A stretch of 64,000 nt of DNA from a virus (Duplodnaviria; Caudoviricetes). The notes beneath the pieces were generated by a model, which was given only the letters and a program-made list of their open reading frames with translations, was not told the DNA's origin and searched no databases. This document shows, in pieces, positions 37,001 to 45,895 of this stretch (its first letter is position 1; every line of letters begins with the position of its first letter). A program made the translations under genes and the position numbers. Location of the stretch: positions 1-64,000 of the IMG/VR virus record IMGVR_UViG_2930337131_000001; one strand, given 5' to 3'.

Positions 37001-37443
37001 GACGCCTCCGGGGTGTTCACGAAGCCGCGGATCTCCCCGGCGAGCATCCCGATAGCGTGCCCGTCTATCCGTCCCTCGACGACGTCCTCGTACATCGCCA
37101 GCGCCTTGCGCAGCAGGGCCTCCGCCTTCTCCCCGCGAGCCAGTTCCTTGTCGATCCGGGCCTTGAGCGGCGCCCCGAACTCCTGCACCGAAGGGTCCGG
37201 AGCGAACCGCTTCACCGCCTCCCAGAACGCGCCGGCCGCCTTGTCCGGGGCGTAGTTCTCCCCGAACACCATCCGCCCGTCCGGGTGGACCGTCAGCATC
37301 GGGCGGCCGTTGTCGTCCGGGATGACCAGGGAGTACGAGGTGATCGGCTTCATCGCGCTGAGCGCGCTCAGGGGCACCACGTCACCGACCAGCGCCGTGG
37401 GGACGATGCCGCGAGACTCGCCGACGTTGAACGCGCCGCTCAC
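36997..37443 (-). CDS. hypothetical protein
   Basis: GTGA overlap. Confidence 0.65.
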   Translation of the reverse strand: MSGAFNVGESRGIVPTALVGDVVPLSALSAMKPITSYSLVIPDDNGRPMLTVHPDGRMVFGENYAPDKAAGAFWEAVKRFAPDPSVQEFGAPLKARIDKELARGEKAEALLRKALAMYEDVVEGRIDGHAIGMLAGEIRGFVNTPEAS

Positions 37444-37898
37444 GCGGTCTCACCCCAGTAGCCAGGCAGAGCGTGGACGTCGATGCCGTCCCGCTCGGAC
37501 ACGCGGGCGACGCTCGGGTCGGCACTCCACACGGTGAGCCCGCCGAACTTGGCGGCCGCGGCGCGCAGCCGCTCCCCCTTCACCACGGCGGTCGGCCGGA
37601 AGTCACCGCGGCCGCGCATCAGCACGAGGGTGGCGGGCACCCCGTGCGCGCCCAGCCACGTCACGACGAGCTGCTCCAGGCGCCGGTCGCCGCCGGTCAT
37701 GACCAGGACGGTCTGCCCCTTCGCGTGCGCCTCCCTGGCAGCCTGCACGACCTTGCGGTTCGGGGGGCACTGGAGGCTGGCACGGTAGAACGCGGCCGCA
37801 TCGCCGGCCAGGTGGCGGATGGTCCGAACGTTGATGAGGCCGCCCTCGAGGTCGAAGGCGACGGCCCCGCGCGGCGGGGCGGCGACAGCAGTGGTCAT
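37440..37898 (-). CDS. HAD-fold polynucleotide-3'-phosphatase-like protein, degenerate active site
   Basis: VAFDLEGG, VMTGG, LMR..GDFRP..VVK. Confidence 0.6.
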   Translation of the reverse strand: MTTAVAAPPRGAVAFDLEGGLINVRTIRHLAGDAAAFYRASLQCPPNRKVVQAAREAHAKGQTVLVMTGGDRRLEQLVVTWLGAHGVPATLVLMRGRGDFRPTAVVKGERLRAAAAKFGGLTVWSADPSVARVSERDGIDVHALPGYWGETA

Positions 37899-38170
37899 GC
37901 GAGGTCTCCGTTGTAAATGTGGATCATGCGGACGGCCTTCGCCTGGCACGAGTCGCACGTCTTGCGGCGGGGGTCGCCCGTGCCGCAGATCGCCGCGGCG
38001 AGGGCGTCGACGGCGCCGGTGGAGGTGATGCGGAGCAGCGTGACGCCCTTCTTGCGGCAGGAGTCGCACGCCCGGGTCTTCCCGGGCCGGGTGTTCTCTC
38101 CGCACGCGACCAGTGCCAGGCGCTGCTCGAGGACGAGATCCGTGGGGAGCTCAGTGACAGTGGCGGTCAT
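37895..38170 (-). CDS. small Cys-rich protein
   Basis: Duplicated CG..CDSC motif. Confidence 0.6.
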   Translation of the reverse strand: MTATVTELPTDLVLEQRLALVACGENTRPGKTRACDSCRKKGVTLLRITSTGAVDALAAAICGTGDPRRKTCDSCQAKAVRMIHIYNGDLA

Positions 38171-38826
38171 CGGTTGCAGTCCTTCGGCGCGCGCGACTTG
38201 TGGTGGGCGATGGTCTGCAGGTCTCCCCCGACCTGCTCGTAAGCGGTCATCAACTGGCAGGCCGTGCAGCGACGGGCCAGGAAGATCCGCAGGGGGTTCG
38301 TCGTCGACTTCTGGTGTCCCGAGCGGCCGCTGGTCATCTCGCCGTGCGTCCGGTCGCCGCACCACTCACACGACGGGTCGTAGTGGGACAGGATCGGAGC
38401 CGGCCGCCACGGCATCGACCAGGTGATCGCGCAGCCCGCGTGCTCCCTGGGCAGGGGCGCCTCGGCGTACGTCGTCGGCTCAGGAACCGCCCAGAGGTGG
38501 CGGCCGCGGCGGTCCAGTTCAGGCTCCGGCAGCTCCTCGGCGGCGTCGGCCTGGACGAGACGGGGCTTCTCCGGCTCCGGCTCCCCGCGCAGGGCGCGCA
38601 GGCAGGCCGGGCAGATGTCCGCCTCGGTGACTGGCCCGTCCCACGGCCGTACGCCCGGGGCCTGTTCGACGTCCGGCGTGCACTCCAGGGGCACGGTGAA
38701 CACGGGCATCCTGGGGGCCGTGACGCCCTCCCCCGCGATGTGCAGCATCGGGCGGCCTGCAGCCCGCACGACCAGGCGGCCGGCCCACACGGGCGCGGCC
38801 GGGGTCTCGACGGCCAGGGCGCTCAC
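38167..38826 (-). CDS. zinc-binding hypothetical protein
   Basis: CPAC, CEWC, CTAC. Confidence 0.6.
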   Translation of the reverse strand: MSALAVETPAAPVWAGRLVVRAAGRPMLHIAGEGVTAPRMPVFTVPLECTPDVEQAPGVRPWDGPVTEADICPACLRALRGEPEPEKPRLVQADAAEELPEPELDRRGRHLWAVPEPTTYAEAPLPREHAGCAITWSMPWRPAPILSHYDPSCEWCGDRTHGEMTSGRSGHQKSTTNPLRIFLARRCTACQLMTAYEQVGGDLQTIAHHKSRAPKDCNR

Positions 38827-39077
38827 GACTTGTCCCCCGCGGTGCTCTGGAGCGCGCCGGCGACGCGGGCCCACATGGTCGCCATGCCGACCGCACGCTC
38901 GCGGTACATCTCGAGGCCGTCAGCCGTCGCCCGATGCAGGGCAGCGGCCGCGTTGTCCCGCGCGCTCTCGGCGCGCTTCGCCTCCCTCTGCTGCTCGTCG
39001 ACTGCCTTGATGCCCAGCTCGGCGGCCTCCGCCCAGCCCAGCGCCTTCTCTGCGGCCCCGGCCGCGGTGAGGCTCAT
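38823..39077 (-). CDS. hypothetical protein
   Basis: Overlap-coupled. Confidence 0.55.
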   Translation of the reverse strand: MSLTAAGAAEKALGWAEAAELGIKAVDEQQREAKRAESARDNAAAALHRATADGLEMYRERAVGMATMWARVAGALQSTAGDKS

Positions 39078-39310
39078 CGGGCCCGCCCCGTCAGGAGCTG
39101 CACCAGGCCGGTGGGCTTGGCGTTCTGCCGGTACAGGTCCCGGCGGGCAGTGTGGACGCTGCGCCGGGCGAGGCAGAGCACGCCCGCCGGAACGTGGCAG
39201 GTCGGGCACTGCACGGAGTAGGAGCCGTGCCGGAACCGGGCCGCGGTCTCGTGCGCAGCATCGTGCGCGGCGTCTGCGGCCGGGGACGGTATGACGCTGG
39301 AGAGGATCAC
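39074..39310 (-). CDS. small zinc-finger protein
   Basis: VQCPTCHVPAGVLC..HTAR. Confidence 0.6.
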   Translation of the reverse strand: MILSSVIPSPAADAAHDAAHETAARFRHGSYSVQCPTCHVPAGVLCLARRSVHTARRDLYRQNAKPTGLVQLLTGRAR

Positions 39311-39969
39311 GCGCGGCCGCCCTGGTCGGGCACCGGCAGGAAGCGCGGACGGGAGCCCTCGGCCGGGAACGGCTGCTCGCGGTCGAGCATGTACTCCCAC
39401 TGCCCGGTGCGCGGCTGGGCCCGCTTGAGCCGCTTGTAATAGGCCGTGCCGAACACCATGTCCGTGGTGTCCCCGCACTCCGTGGGCAGTTCGAGCCGGT
39501 AGACCGGGCCGGTCAGCGCGTCGGCCGCCGGCGGTTCCTTCGGCCCCCACACGCCCAGCACGATGCCCATGTGCGGGCCCTCGACGATCCGGACCTCGTG
39601 GAAGTCCCGGGTCGCCCCGGACGCCTCGGCGGAGGCGTCGCGTATGCCGCGCGCCCAGGCGTTGACGTCCACGGCCGTCGGCGTCGGGGCGTAGCCGAGG
39701 AGGCTGCGCAGGGCGGCGATGGTGGTGAGGAGCTCCGTGTACGCGGCGACAGGGAAGTTGTCTTTCCACTGGTCACGCAGCAGGGAACACGCGGCCTTGT
39801 CGACGATCTCGAGAAGGTGGAGGTCGACGACGTCGCGCTCGAGCATGGTCCCGGCGGCCGAGAACGCATTGACGACCAGGTCCACGTTGCGGAACCGGTC
39901 CCAGAGCGGCGCTACGGGCATCCCGCGGTGGTCGTACATCTGCAGGGATACGGGGTGCTTGGTGCTCAT
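39307..39969 (-). CDS. hypothetical protein
   Basis: AGGAG RBS, 220 aa. Confidence 0.7.
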   Translation of the reverse strand: MSTKHPVSLQMYDHRGMPVAPLWDRFRNVDLVVNAFSAAGTMLERDVVDLHLLEIVDKAACSLLRDQWKDNFPVAAYTELLTTIAALRSLLGYAPTPTAVDVNAWARGIRDASAEASGATRDFHEVRIVEGPHMGIVLGVWGPKEPPAADALTGPVYRLELPTECGDTTDMVFGTAYYKRLKRAQPRTGQWEYMLDREQPFPAEGSRPRFLPVPDQGGRA

Positions 39970-40060
39970 GGAGGGGCATCTCCTGTTAGCTGAGGCGAGG
40001 GCGGGCCAGCCCTCATGTGAGGTACGTCGAGTGGCCGATTCCTGTTACGGTTCCGGCGTT

Positions 40061-40630
40061 CTAGCTGGTCAGAGGCTCGGTGAGTTCCACGATGACCAGC
40101 GACATGCGGGCGAATCCGGTGGTGACGGGCTCCCCCATGACGGGCATCGGGCCCATGAGGAACTCGTGGTTGTCGTCCGGCAGGAGTCCCCCGTCGGTGA
40201 CCAGGCCGTCGACGTACGCCTTCACCGTGGGCGCCCAGTTGCCCGGGTCCCGCTTCCGGGAGAGCGGCCGGGGGTGCAGCACGTAGAAGACGGCCGCGCG
40301 CTGCAGCTTGGGCAGGCGCTTGGCCATGGCCATGGCGGCGGCGTCCTGGCGGAGCTGCTTGCGGATCCGGTGCACGGCCATGTGGTGGAGCCGCTGGTTG
40401 CTGTCCAGCATCTCCTCGACGTACGGCATGAGCAGCGTCCAGGTGCGCCCGACGCCGGACAGGCCGGTGAGCAGGGGCTGGACTGCGGGCGCGGGCGGGG
40501 TGGACGGCGGGCCCGGGTGCACGGCCGGCTTCTTCCGGGCCTTCTTCTTCGGCTTCGCGGCGGCGGCCGCCGGGGAGGCTTGTCCCCCGCGGCGGCTCGC
40601 CATCAGGTCGCGGTACTGGGCCGCGGTCAT
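40061..40630 (-). CDS. RusA-like Holliday junction resolvase
   Basis: RDPGN..KAYVDGL..DDN. Confidence 0.75.
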   Translation of the reverse strand: MTAAQYRDLMASRRGGQASPAAAAAKPKKKARKKPAVHPGPPSTPPAPAVQPLLTGLSGVGRTWTLLMPYVEEMLDSNQRLHHMAVHRIRKQLRQDAAAMAMAKRLPKLQRAAVFYVLHPRPLSRKRDPGNWAPTVKAYVDGLVTDGGLLPDDNHEFLMGPMPVMGEPVTTGFARMSLVIVELTEPLTS

Positions 40631-40646
40631 ACGGGCAACCAAGGGA

Positions 40647-41561
40647 TCAGCTCTCCAGGGCAGCGGTACCGGCGTCGGTCAGCCGCCAACGCCACCCCAT
40701 GCCGTTGGCTTGCGTCCTGCTGAACTGTTCGTCGACCACCACCCACCCCTTCGCCTCGAGCTTCTTCACCGCGGCGCTGACCCTCCGGCCCAGGTGTCCC
40801 CATGCCGAGGTGCTGCGCTGGCTGGTGTCGAAGACGATGGGCTGGCTCGTGCGGCCCGGCCGCAGGGTGAACACGACGCCCGACTTGATGAGCTCGAGCA
40901 GCGCCTTCTCCGCCGCGGTGGGCGGCGCCGGGGCGTCGGCGGGGCGGACCTTCCCCATGTAGTCCAGGCACCGGTGGCAGTTGGCGGGGGCGTCGACGGG
41001 CTCGCTCAGGTGCAGCGGGTTCGATCGGCCGGGGGTCTCGCACAGGCCGCGGTCGGCCGGGTGCTTGCGGGACCGGCCGGAGACCAGGTCGTCCTTGGGC
41101 GCGGCGTGCCGGAGCGATCCGCCCACGCCCGAGTGCCTGGTGTTCTCCCGCACGGTCATCTCGACGCCGGCAGCGGCGAGTGCCTCGTCCCACCTGCGTT
41201 TTTCGCGCTCTCGGCGCTCCTTGGCCTTCTGGGCGATCAGCTCCTCGTGTTCCTTGCGGCGCTGTCGCGCCTCGACGACGGACGGCGGCAGGGGCGGGTC
41301 CAGGGCCATCTGGTCGGCGAGGACGAGCATCCAGCCGTCCACGCTGGAGCTGCGGTCGATACCGGGGAAGGAGTGCCCCAGTACGGCGGTGCACCAGTCG
41401 TTGCCGCGCCGGTCGGCGACCTCGTACATGCTCTTGAGGTCCTCGGGACCCAACGGTCCGCGGCTCTTGCGCTCGGCGTCCGTCCGCACCATCTCGTACG
41501 TGTCGTACGCGGGATCGGGCACGGGGCGGGGAAGCAGAGCGGTCACGACGTGTCGTCGCAT
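40647..41561 (-). CDS. hypothetical protein with Cys motif and C-terminal winged helix
   Basis: NCHRC; VKKLEAKGWV..WRLTDAG. Confidence 0.7.
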   Translation of the reverse strand: MRRHVVTALLPRPVPDPAYDTYEMVRTDAERKSRGPLGPEDLKSMYEVADRRGNDWCTAVLGHSFPGIDRSSSVDGWMLVLADQMALDPPLPPSVVEARQRRKEHEELIAQKAKERREREKRRWDEALAAAGVEMTVRENTRHSGVGGSLRHAAPKDDLVSGRSRKHPADRGLCETPGRSNPLHLSEPVDAPANCHRCLDYMGKVRPADAPAPPTAAEKALLELIKSGVVFTLRPGRTSQPIVFDTSQRSTSAWGHLGRRVSAAVKKLEAKGWVVVDEQFSRTQANGMGWRWRLTDAGTAALES

Positions 41562-41606
41562 CGGGGGTGTTCCTCTCTTCGGGTGAACAGCGGTGCTCTC
41601 CGCTGT
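41562..41606 (-). promoter_or_regulatory. AGAGCA-hairpin leader (copy 12)
   Basis: ACAGCGG-AGAGCA-CCGCTGT-TCACCCGAA-GAGAGGAACACC. Confidence 0.7.
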
Positions 41607-41646
41607 GTGGCACCGCGGTGGGCGCCGAGACCTGCGTACGGTGAGG

Positions 41647-42231
41647 TCAGGAACGTCGCGCGGGCTCTGCCCGGATGATCGCAAGGGACTGGACGAGCAG
41701 CTCGGCGTTGGTCCGCGGGTCCGAGCGCCAACGCAGCGCGTATCCGCCGGAGATGGTCGGGCCTTCGATCTCGTGCAGTGTCGGGTGGCGGTCGCGTGCC
41801 CGCTCCTCCCACCCGTCGGCGGGCAGTGTCACGCCGCCGTGGCCGTTGTCCGGGCAGGTGATGAACACCGTGGTCTCGGCAATTTCCGCGGAGAAGCCGC
41901 CCGCGTACGCGAACCGCGCGCGCGACGCTGGAGCCTGACGTGCAGGGCGCCGACCGCGCGGCCGGTAGGGGCCGCGGCCGCCGCGGGGCACAGGGTGCTG
42001 TTCCATCCACTTCCGGCCGGAGTCGGTCAGCTTCACGGGGGCGGAGTCGTCTCCCCCGTCGGTCACGTACCCGGCGCTGGTCAGCGGGTAGAACGAGCTC
42101 TGATTGACGACGTAGTCGGTGCCGGTGAGTCGGTAGCGGGCGCGGGGCGCCACGGCGAACTGGGCACCGGTGCTGCCGGCCTCCGCGATGGTGCGGAGGA
42201 GGGTTTCGACAGCAGGCGTGAAGTCGGGCAT
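41647..42231 (-). CDS. hypothetical protein, N-terminal winged-helix-like
   Basis: GAGGAG RBS; VKLTDSG. Confidence 0.65.
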   Translation of the reverse strand: MPDFTPAVETLLRTIAEAGSTGAQFAVAPRARYRLTGTDYVVNQSSFYPLTSAGYVTDGGDDSAPVKLTDSGRKWMEQHPVPRGGRGPYRPRGRRPARQAPASRARFAYAGGFSAEIAETTVFITCPDNGHGGVTLPADGWEERARDRHPTLHEIEGPTISGGYALRWRSDPRTNAELLVQSLAIIRAEPARRS

Positions 42232-42307
42232 GTGGTTCTGCTCCTCGACGGGGCTGAGCGGAGAATCGTTCTGAGCGAAGAATCGAACGCGTCGAACAGC
42301 CGGGTTG

Positions 42308-42595
42308 TTACGCCTTGGCCGGAGCCTTCACCGGCAGGATGGCGTCGATCGAGGTGTCCCAGGCGCGGCCGAACCACCGTGCGGCGTTGCCGAGTCGGCC
42401 GGGGAACATCTGCGCCACCAGGACGCCGGCGGCGATCGTCAGCGTGAGGGCCAGGTGCGCGAGGAACCAGCCCACGACTGCGCCGACAACTTCCGCCAGG
42501 AAGAGGAGAGTTGCCAGGGTAGGCGGGACGATGGCCGGGTGCGCGACGGCCAGGAGGCCGAACGCCCAGGCGAGAAGCTGCAGCTTGGCGCGCAT
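42308..42595 (-). CDS. small membrane protein
   Basis: Mostly hydrophobic 95 aa. Confidence 0.6.
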   Translation of the reverse strand: MRAKLQLLAWAFGLLAVAHPAIVPPTLATLLFLAEVVGAVVGWFLAHLALTLTIAAGVLVAQMFPGRLGNAARWFGRAWDTSIDAILPVKAPAKA

Positions 42596-42596
42596 C

Positions 42597-42785
42597 TCAA
42601 CCCTCCTGCTGCTGGCCGTAGAAGCCGCTGGAGGGGTTGGTGGTGTCGGAGAGGTGGACTCGCCACCCGTCGGTGGTCTTCACCAGCGGGTCCTCTTCGG
42701 TACCCGGGTGACCGTCTGCCGCGCAGATGTTCCGCAGACCGTCGTGGTCGCGCTTCTGCTGGCCCGTGCTGATCCAGCCCGCCAT
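42597..42785 (-). CDS. small hypothetical protein
   Basis: Follows leader copy 13. Confidence 0.65.
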   Translation of the reverse strand: MAGWISTGQQKRDHDGLRNICAADGHPGTEEDPLVKTTDGWRVHLSDTTNPSSGFYGQQQEG

Positions 42786-42828
42786 GGGGGAGCTCCTCAG
42801 TTCGTGGTCTGGGCGGTGCTCTCCGCCC
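42786..42828 (-). promoter_or_regulatory. AGAGCA-hairpin leader (copy 13)
   Basis: GGGCGG-AGAGCA-CCGCCC-AGACCACGAA-CTGAGGAG. Confidence 0.75.
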
Positions 42829-42863
42829 TTCGAGGAAGACTCTACGCGGTTACTCGTCGGTAG

Positions 42864-42889
42864 CCGACAATAATCCCAATTGTTGTCGG
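42864..42889. promoter_or_regulatory. AT-rich imperfect palindrome at a strand switch
   Basis: CCGACAATAAT-CCCA-ATTGTTGTCGG. Confidence 0.55.
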
Positions 42890-42930
42890 TAATCTTGGCT
42901 CAACGTCAGAACTGCAACCCAGGGGGCACC

Positions 42931-43188
42931 ATGACGGCCAGTCGGCCAACCGACGTCGAAGAGGTCCGGGCCCAGGTGCTCGCCGCCTTCGGTCTCGCAG
43001 AAGACGACCCATGGGGTCAGGCGCTCGATGCGCTGTACACCGCGGCGGCCACGGACCGGGAGGCGCACCACACGCGCATCCTCGGCGAAGTCGACACCAT
43101 GGCCGAGGAACTGACGCAGACCCTGCCGCCGGAGCTGCGCGCCGCCGGCCTCCGCATTGCCTACGACACCGAAGGACTCCACGCATGA
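42931..43188 (+). CDS. hypothetical protein
   Basis: AGGGGG RBS. Confidence 0.65.
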   Translation: MTASRPTDVEEVRAQVLAAFGLAEDDPWGQALDALYTAAATDREAHHTRILGEVDTMAEELTQTLPPELRAAGLRIAYDTEGLHA

Positions 43189-43442
43189 ACCTCGAGCCGA
43201 TCCCGCCCGGCGCGATCACCGCGGGCAAGATCCCCTCCGGTGCCATCCAGAGCGGCGACGTCCTCGAGGACATCCGCAACCGGGAGCCGTACGCCGTCGA
43301 GGCCGTCATCCTCCACGCGCTCGCCGAGTTCAGCATGGGCGGCCCGCCCATGGGCAAGGACGAGGCCCGCCAGTGGCTGAGCCTCTACCTGCAGCAAGTC
43401 GCCGAAGGCCGCTCCCCCGTAGACCCCGGAGTACACGCATGA
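43185..43442 (+). CDS. hypothetical protein
   Basis: ATGA overlap. Confidence 0.6.
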   Translation: MNLEPIPPGAITAGKIPSGAIQSGDVLEDIRNREPYAVEAVILHALAEFSMGGPPMGKDEARQWLSLYLQQVAEGRSPVDPGVHA

Positions 43443-43774
43443 ACTACGACGACGACCTCGAGGACCGCCTGGCGGCCGAGTACCAGAACCGGCAGCGCCA
43501 GACCGGTGACCTGGACTACATCCGCCGTTACTACGGGCTCGAGCGGCGCCACGGGATTCGCGTGGCGATCGGCGGCCGGATCCGGAGCAGCGGGCAGGAG
43601 GGGCAGATCGTCGACACGTCCGGCCACTACCTGATGGTGCAGTTCGACGGTGACGAGCAGCCGGTACGCCGTCACGTCACCTCGAACATGGAGTACGCCA
43701 CGGCGGCCGGATGGGTCGCGGCCACGCCCGTCCCCGACCCGTACGCCGCGGCGCCGGCCGGGGCCGCGCAGTGA
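43439..43774 (+). CDS. hypothetical phage-type protein
   Basis: ATGA overlap; DYIRRYYG..GGRI. Confidence 0.65.
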   Translation: MNYDDDLEDRLAAEYQNRQRQTGDLDYIRRYYGLERRHGIRVAIGGRIRSSGQEGQIVDTSGHYLMVQFDGDEQPVRRHVTSNMEYATAAGWVAATPVPDPYAAAPAGAAQ

Positions 43775-44289
43775 CCGCCGTCGACGAGCAAATCGCGCTC
43801 GCCTTCTACGAGTTCATCCAGGCACGGTACGCCGACGAGCTGCGCGAGCAGTACCCGACGGCGGACAGCACCCCGGCCGTGGAGACGTACCGGGAGCAGT
43901 ACCGCGAGGCGCAGACGGAGCACCAGGCCCTCGTCGACGCGCTGCACCGCGGCGACCAGGAGCAGGCCGCAGACTGCCTCTGGGGGCTGCGCAACCAGGC
44001 GTCCAAGTGGAAGGCGCACCCCGACTACCCCGAGCCGATCTCCGACGGCACCATGCCCTGCCCTGTCCCGGCCCCCGAGACCGGGCACCCCTGCACGAAG
44101 CGGATCCCGAAGGGCCGGGCCGCATCGGAAGGGCACGGCGGCGGCCACTTCTGGCAGTCCCCCCGGGCGGCCGAGCTCGAGGCCCTCGGCGCGCACATGG
44201 ACTACGGCACCTTGCTGTCCGGTCAGCCCACGCCGTGGCACCTGCCCAAGGACTGCACGCCCGACTGCTGGAAGTGGAGCGACCGATGA
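43771..44289 (+). CDS. hypothetical protein
   Basis: GTGA overlap; WKAHPDY. Confidence 0.6.
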   Translation: MTAVDEQIALAFYEFIQARYADELREQYPTADSTPAVETYREQYREAQTEHQALVDALHRGDQEQAADCLWGLRNQASKWKAHPDYPEPISDGTMPCPVPAPETGHPCTKRIPKGRAASEGHGGGHFWQSPRAAELEALGAHMDYGTLLSGQPTPWHLPKDCTPDCWKWSDR

Positions 44290-44648
44290 TGGTGGAGCGG
44301 CGCGCGAGTGACCTGACGCCGATGCTGTGGCCTGGAGCGGAGATCGAGGCAGCCCCGGGCGTGGTCGAGCGCTACGACGAGGCGCCGGACCTTGCCGAAC
44401 CGATCCGGGGCATCGGCCCGGAGGACGGTCCAGTGCGCACGATGTGGTGCCCGCAGTGCCAGGAAGAGATCACGGGGTCGGATCTCGATGTCATCGCTGC
44501 TTGCTCCCCCATCACGGTGCAGGCGCCCAGCATTGCGTGGCCCGGATACAGGAGACTCGCGGGGTTGGTCACGGTGAAGCCGTGCGGGCACGCCTTCCGC
44601 GTCGTGGACGGCCAGACACTCGTTGAGATTCGGGAGTCGGCGGCATGA
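44286..44648 (+). CDS. zinc-ribbon hypothetical protein
   Basis: CPQC..PCGH; ATGA overlap. Confidence 0.55.
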   Translation: MMVERRASDLTPMLWPGAEIEAAPGVVERYDEAPDLAEPIRGIGPEDGPVRTMWCPQCQEEITGSDLDVIAACSPITVQAPSIAWPGYRRLAGLVTVKPCGHAFRVVDGQTLVEIRESAA

Positions 44649-45775
44649 GCCTGCACGACGAGGAGGAGGAGTTCGTCGACGCGGAGATCGTCGAGGGCGG
44701 CGTCCTGGCGCTCGTCGACGACGAGGTGCCGCTCGTCGACTTCAACACCGTGCTGCACCCGGGCCAGGAGCTGCCCACGGCCGCCAACGGCCCGCAGTAC
44801 AGCGAGCGCGACCTGTACGTCAGCCAGGAGACCGCCGACATCCTCGACGGCACGGACCCGACGGAGACGGGCCCGATGAAGGCCTTCAAGGCGTGGTGCG
44901 AGGCGAACGGTCGGGTGGCGGTTCCGTGTACCACCGCCACCTACACCGAGTACAGCCGGCACCTGATGGCCCGAAGCCTCAAGGTCGCCACGATCAAGAA
45001 CTACATGTCCCTGATCAAGACCGCGATGCCGCCGGGGAAGAAGCCCGATAACAGCCTCTACCTGCGGCTGCTCGCGAACTACCGGCAGAACAACAAGCGG
45101 GCGATGCGCACCCGCCGGGCGTTTCCGATCACGCTGTCGTACCTGATCCCGATGATGGAGAAGGCCGAGGCGAGTAACCAGCCGATCGGCTGGCGCGACG
45201 CGGCCATGTTCGCCTTCGGGTACCGCTTCCTCGGCCGGAGCGTCGAGAACGCGAACCTCGAGATCGAGGACGTGAGGTTCACCAGCGGCGGCATTCTGGT
45301 GTGGTTGCCCGAGGACAAGACGCACGACGAGGAACAGAACCTCGTGCTGCGCGACCGTGAGGACCTGCAGCTCGTCCCACGGCTCAACCGGTGGTTGGAG
45401 TACATGGCTGACCAGGGCATCACGTCCGGCCCGGTCTTCCGGCACGTCCTCAAGAACGGGAAGGTGGCCACCGAGGAGACCCGGAGCAAGACGGCCACGA
45501 GCCGCGGCCTGCACCTGCGGGGGCAAACCGTCAACGACCGGGTGAAGCACTGGTTTGGCGCGGCCGGCCTGGTCACGGACGGGCGGCACGTCTCCTCGCA
45601 GGGCCTCCGCGCGGGCGCGGCGACCGAACTGGCCCAGAACAAAGCCACGGACGAGGAGTTGGAGCGGGCCGGCCGGTGGCGTCCGGGCTCCCGCGTCCCT
45701 CGCGAGGTGTACGTCCGGCCCGCCGAGGCGGAGAGGAAGGATCCGTTCGACAAGGTGCCATTGCACCGGCCCTGA
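44645..45775 (+). CDS. Cre-like tyrosine recombinase
   Basis: RDAAM..GRSVE, DKT, SSQGLRAGAATE, GRW..S..EVYVR. Confidence 0.85.
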   Translation: MSLHDEEEEFVDAEIVEGGVLALVDDEVPLVDFNTVLHPGQELPTAANGPQYSERDLYVSQETADILDGTDPTETGPMKAFKAWCEANGRVAVPCTTATYTEYSRHLMARSLKVATIKNYMSLIKTAMPPGKKPDNSLYLRLLANYRQNNKRAMRTRRAFPITLSYLIPMMEKAEASNQPIGWRDAAMFAFGYRFLGRSVENANLEIEDVRFTSGGILVWLPEDKTHDEEQNLVLRDREDLQLVPRLNRWLEYMADQGITSGPVFRHVLKNGKVATEETRSKTATSRGLHLRGQTVNDRVKHWFGAAGLVTDGRHVSSQGLRAGAATELAQNKATDEELERAGRWRPGSRVPREVYVRPAEAERKDPFDKVPLHRP

Positions 45776-45801
45776 ACCGGGCATGACGGGCGGTCAACGA
45801 A

Positions 45802-45830
45802 AGACCCCGCTCCCGAGGGGGGCGGGGTCT
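45802..45830. terminator. hairpin after recombinase
   Basis: AGACCCCGCTCCC..GGGGGCGGGGTCT. Confidence 0.65.
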
Positions 45831-45895
45831 GTCCGTGCCCCCCGAAGCCGATCGAGGGGTACCGTTCTGGTGTCGAGTCAGAACAGGAGATAAGT

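Noticed and set aside
910-42828. Leader repeats as a CRISPR array or integron attC sites
   Set aside because: Dispersed on both strands and separated by whole genes; no cas genes or GTTRRRY cores; position is fixed relative to the RBS.
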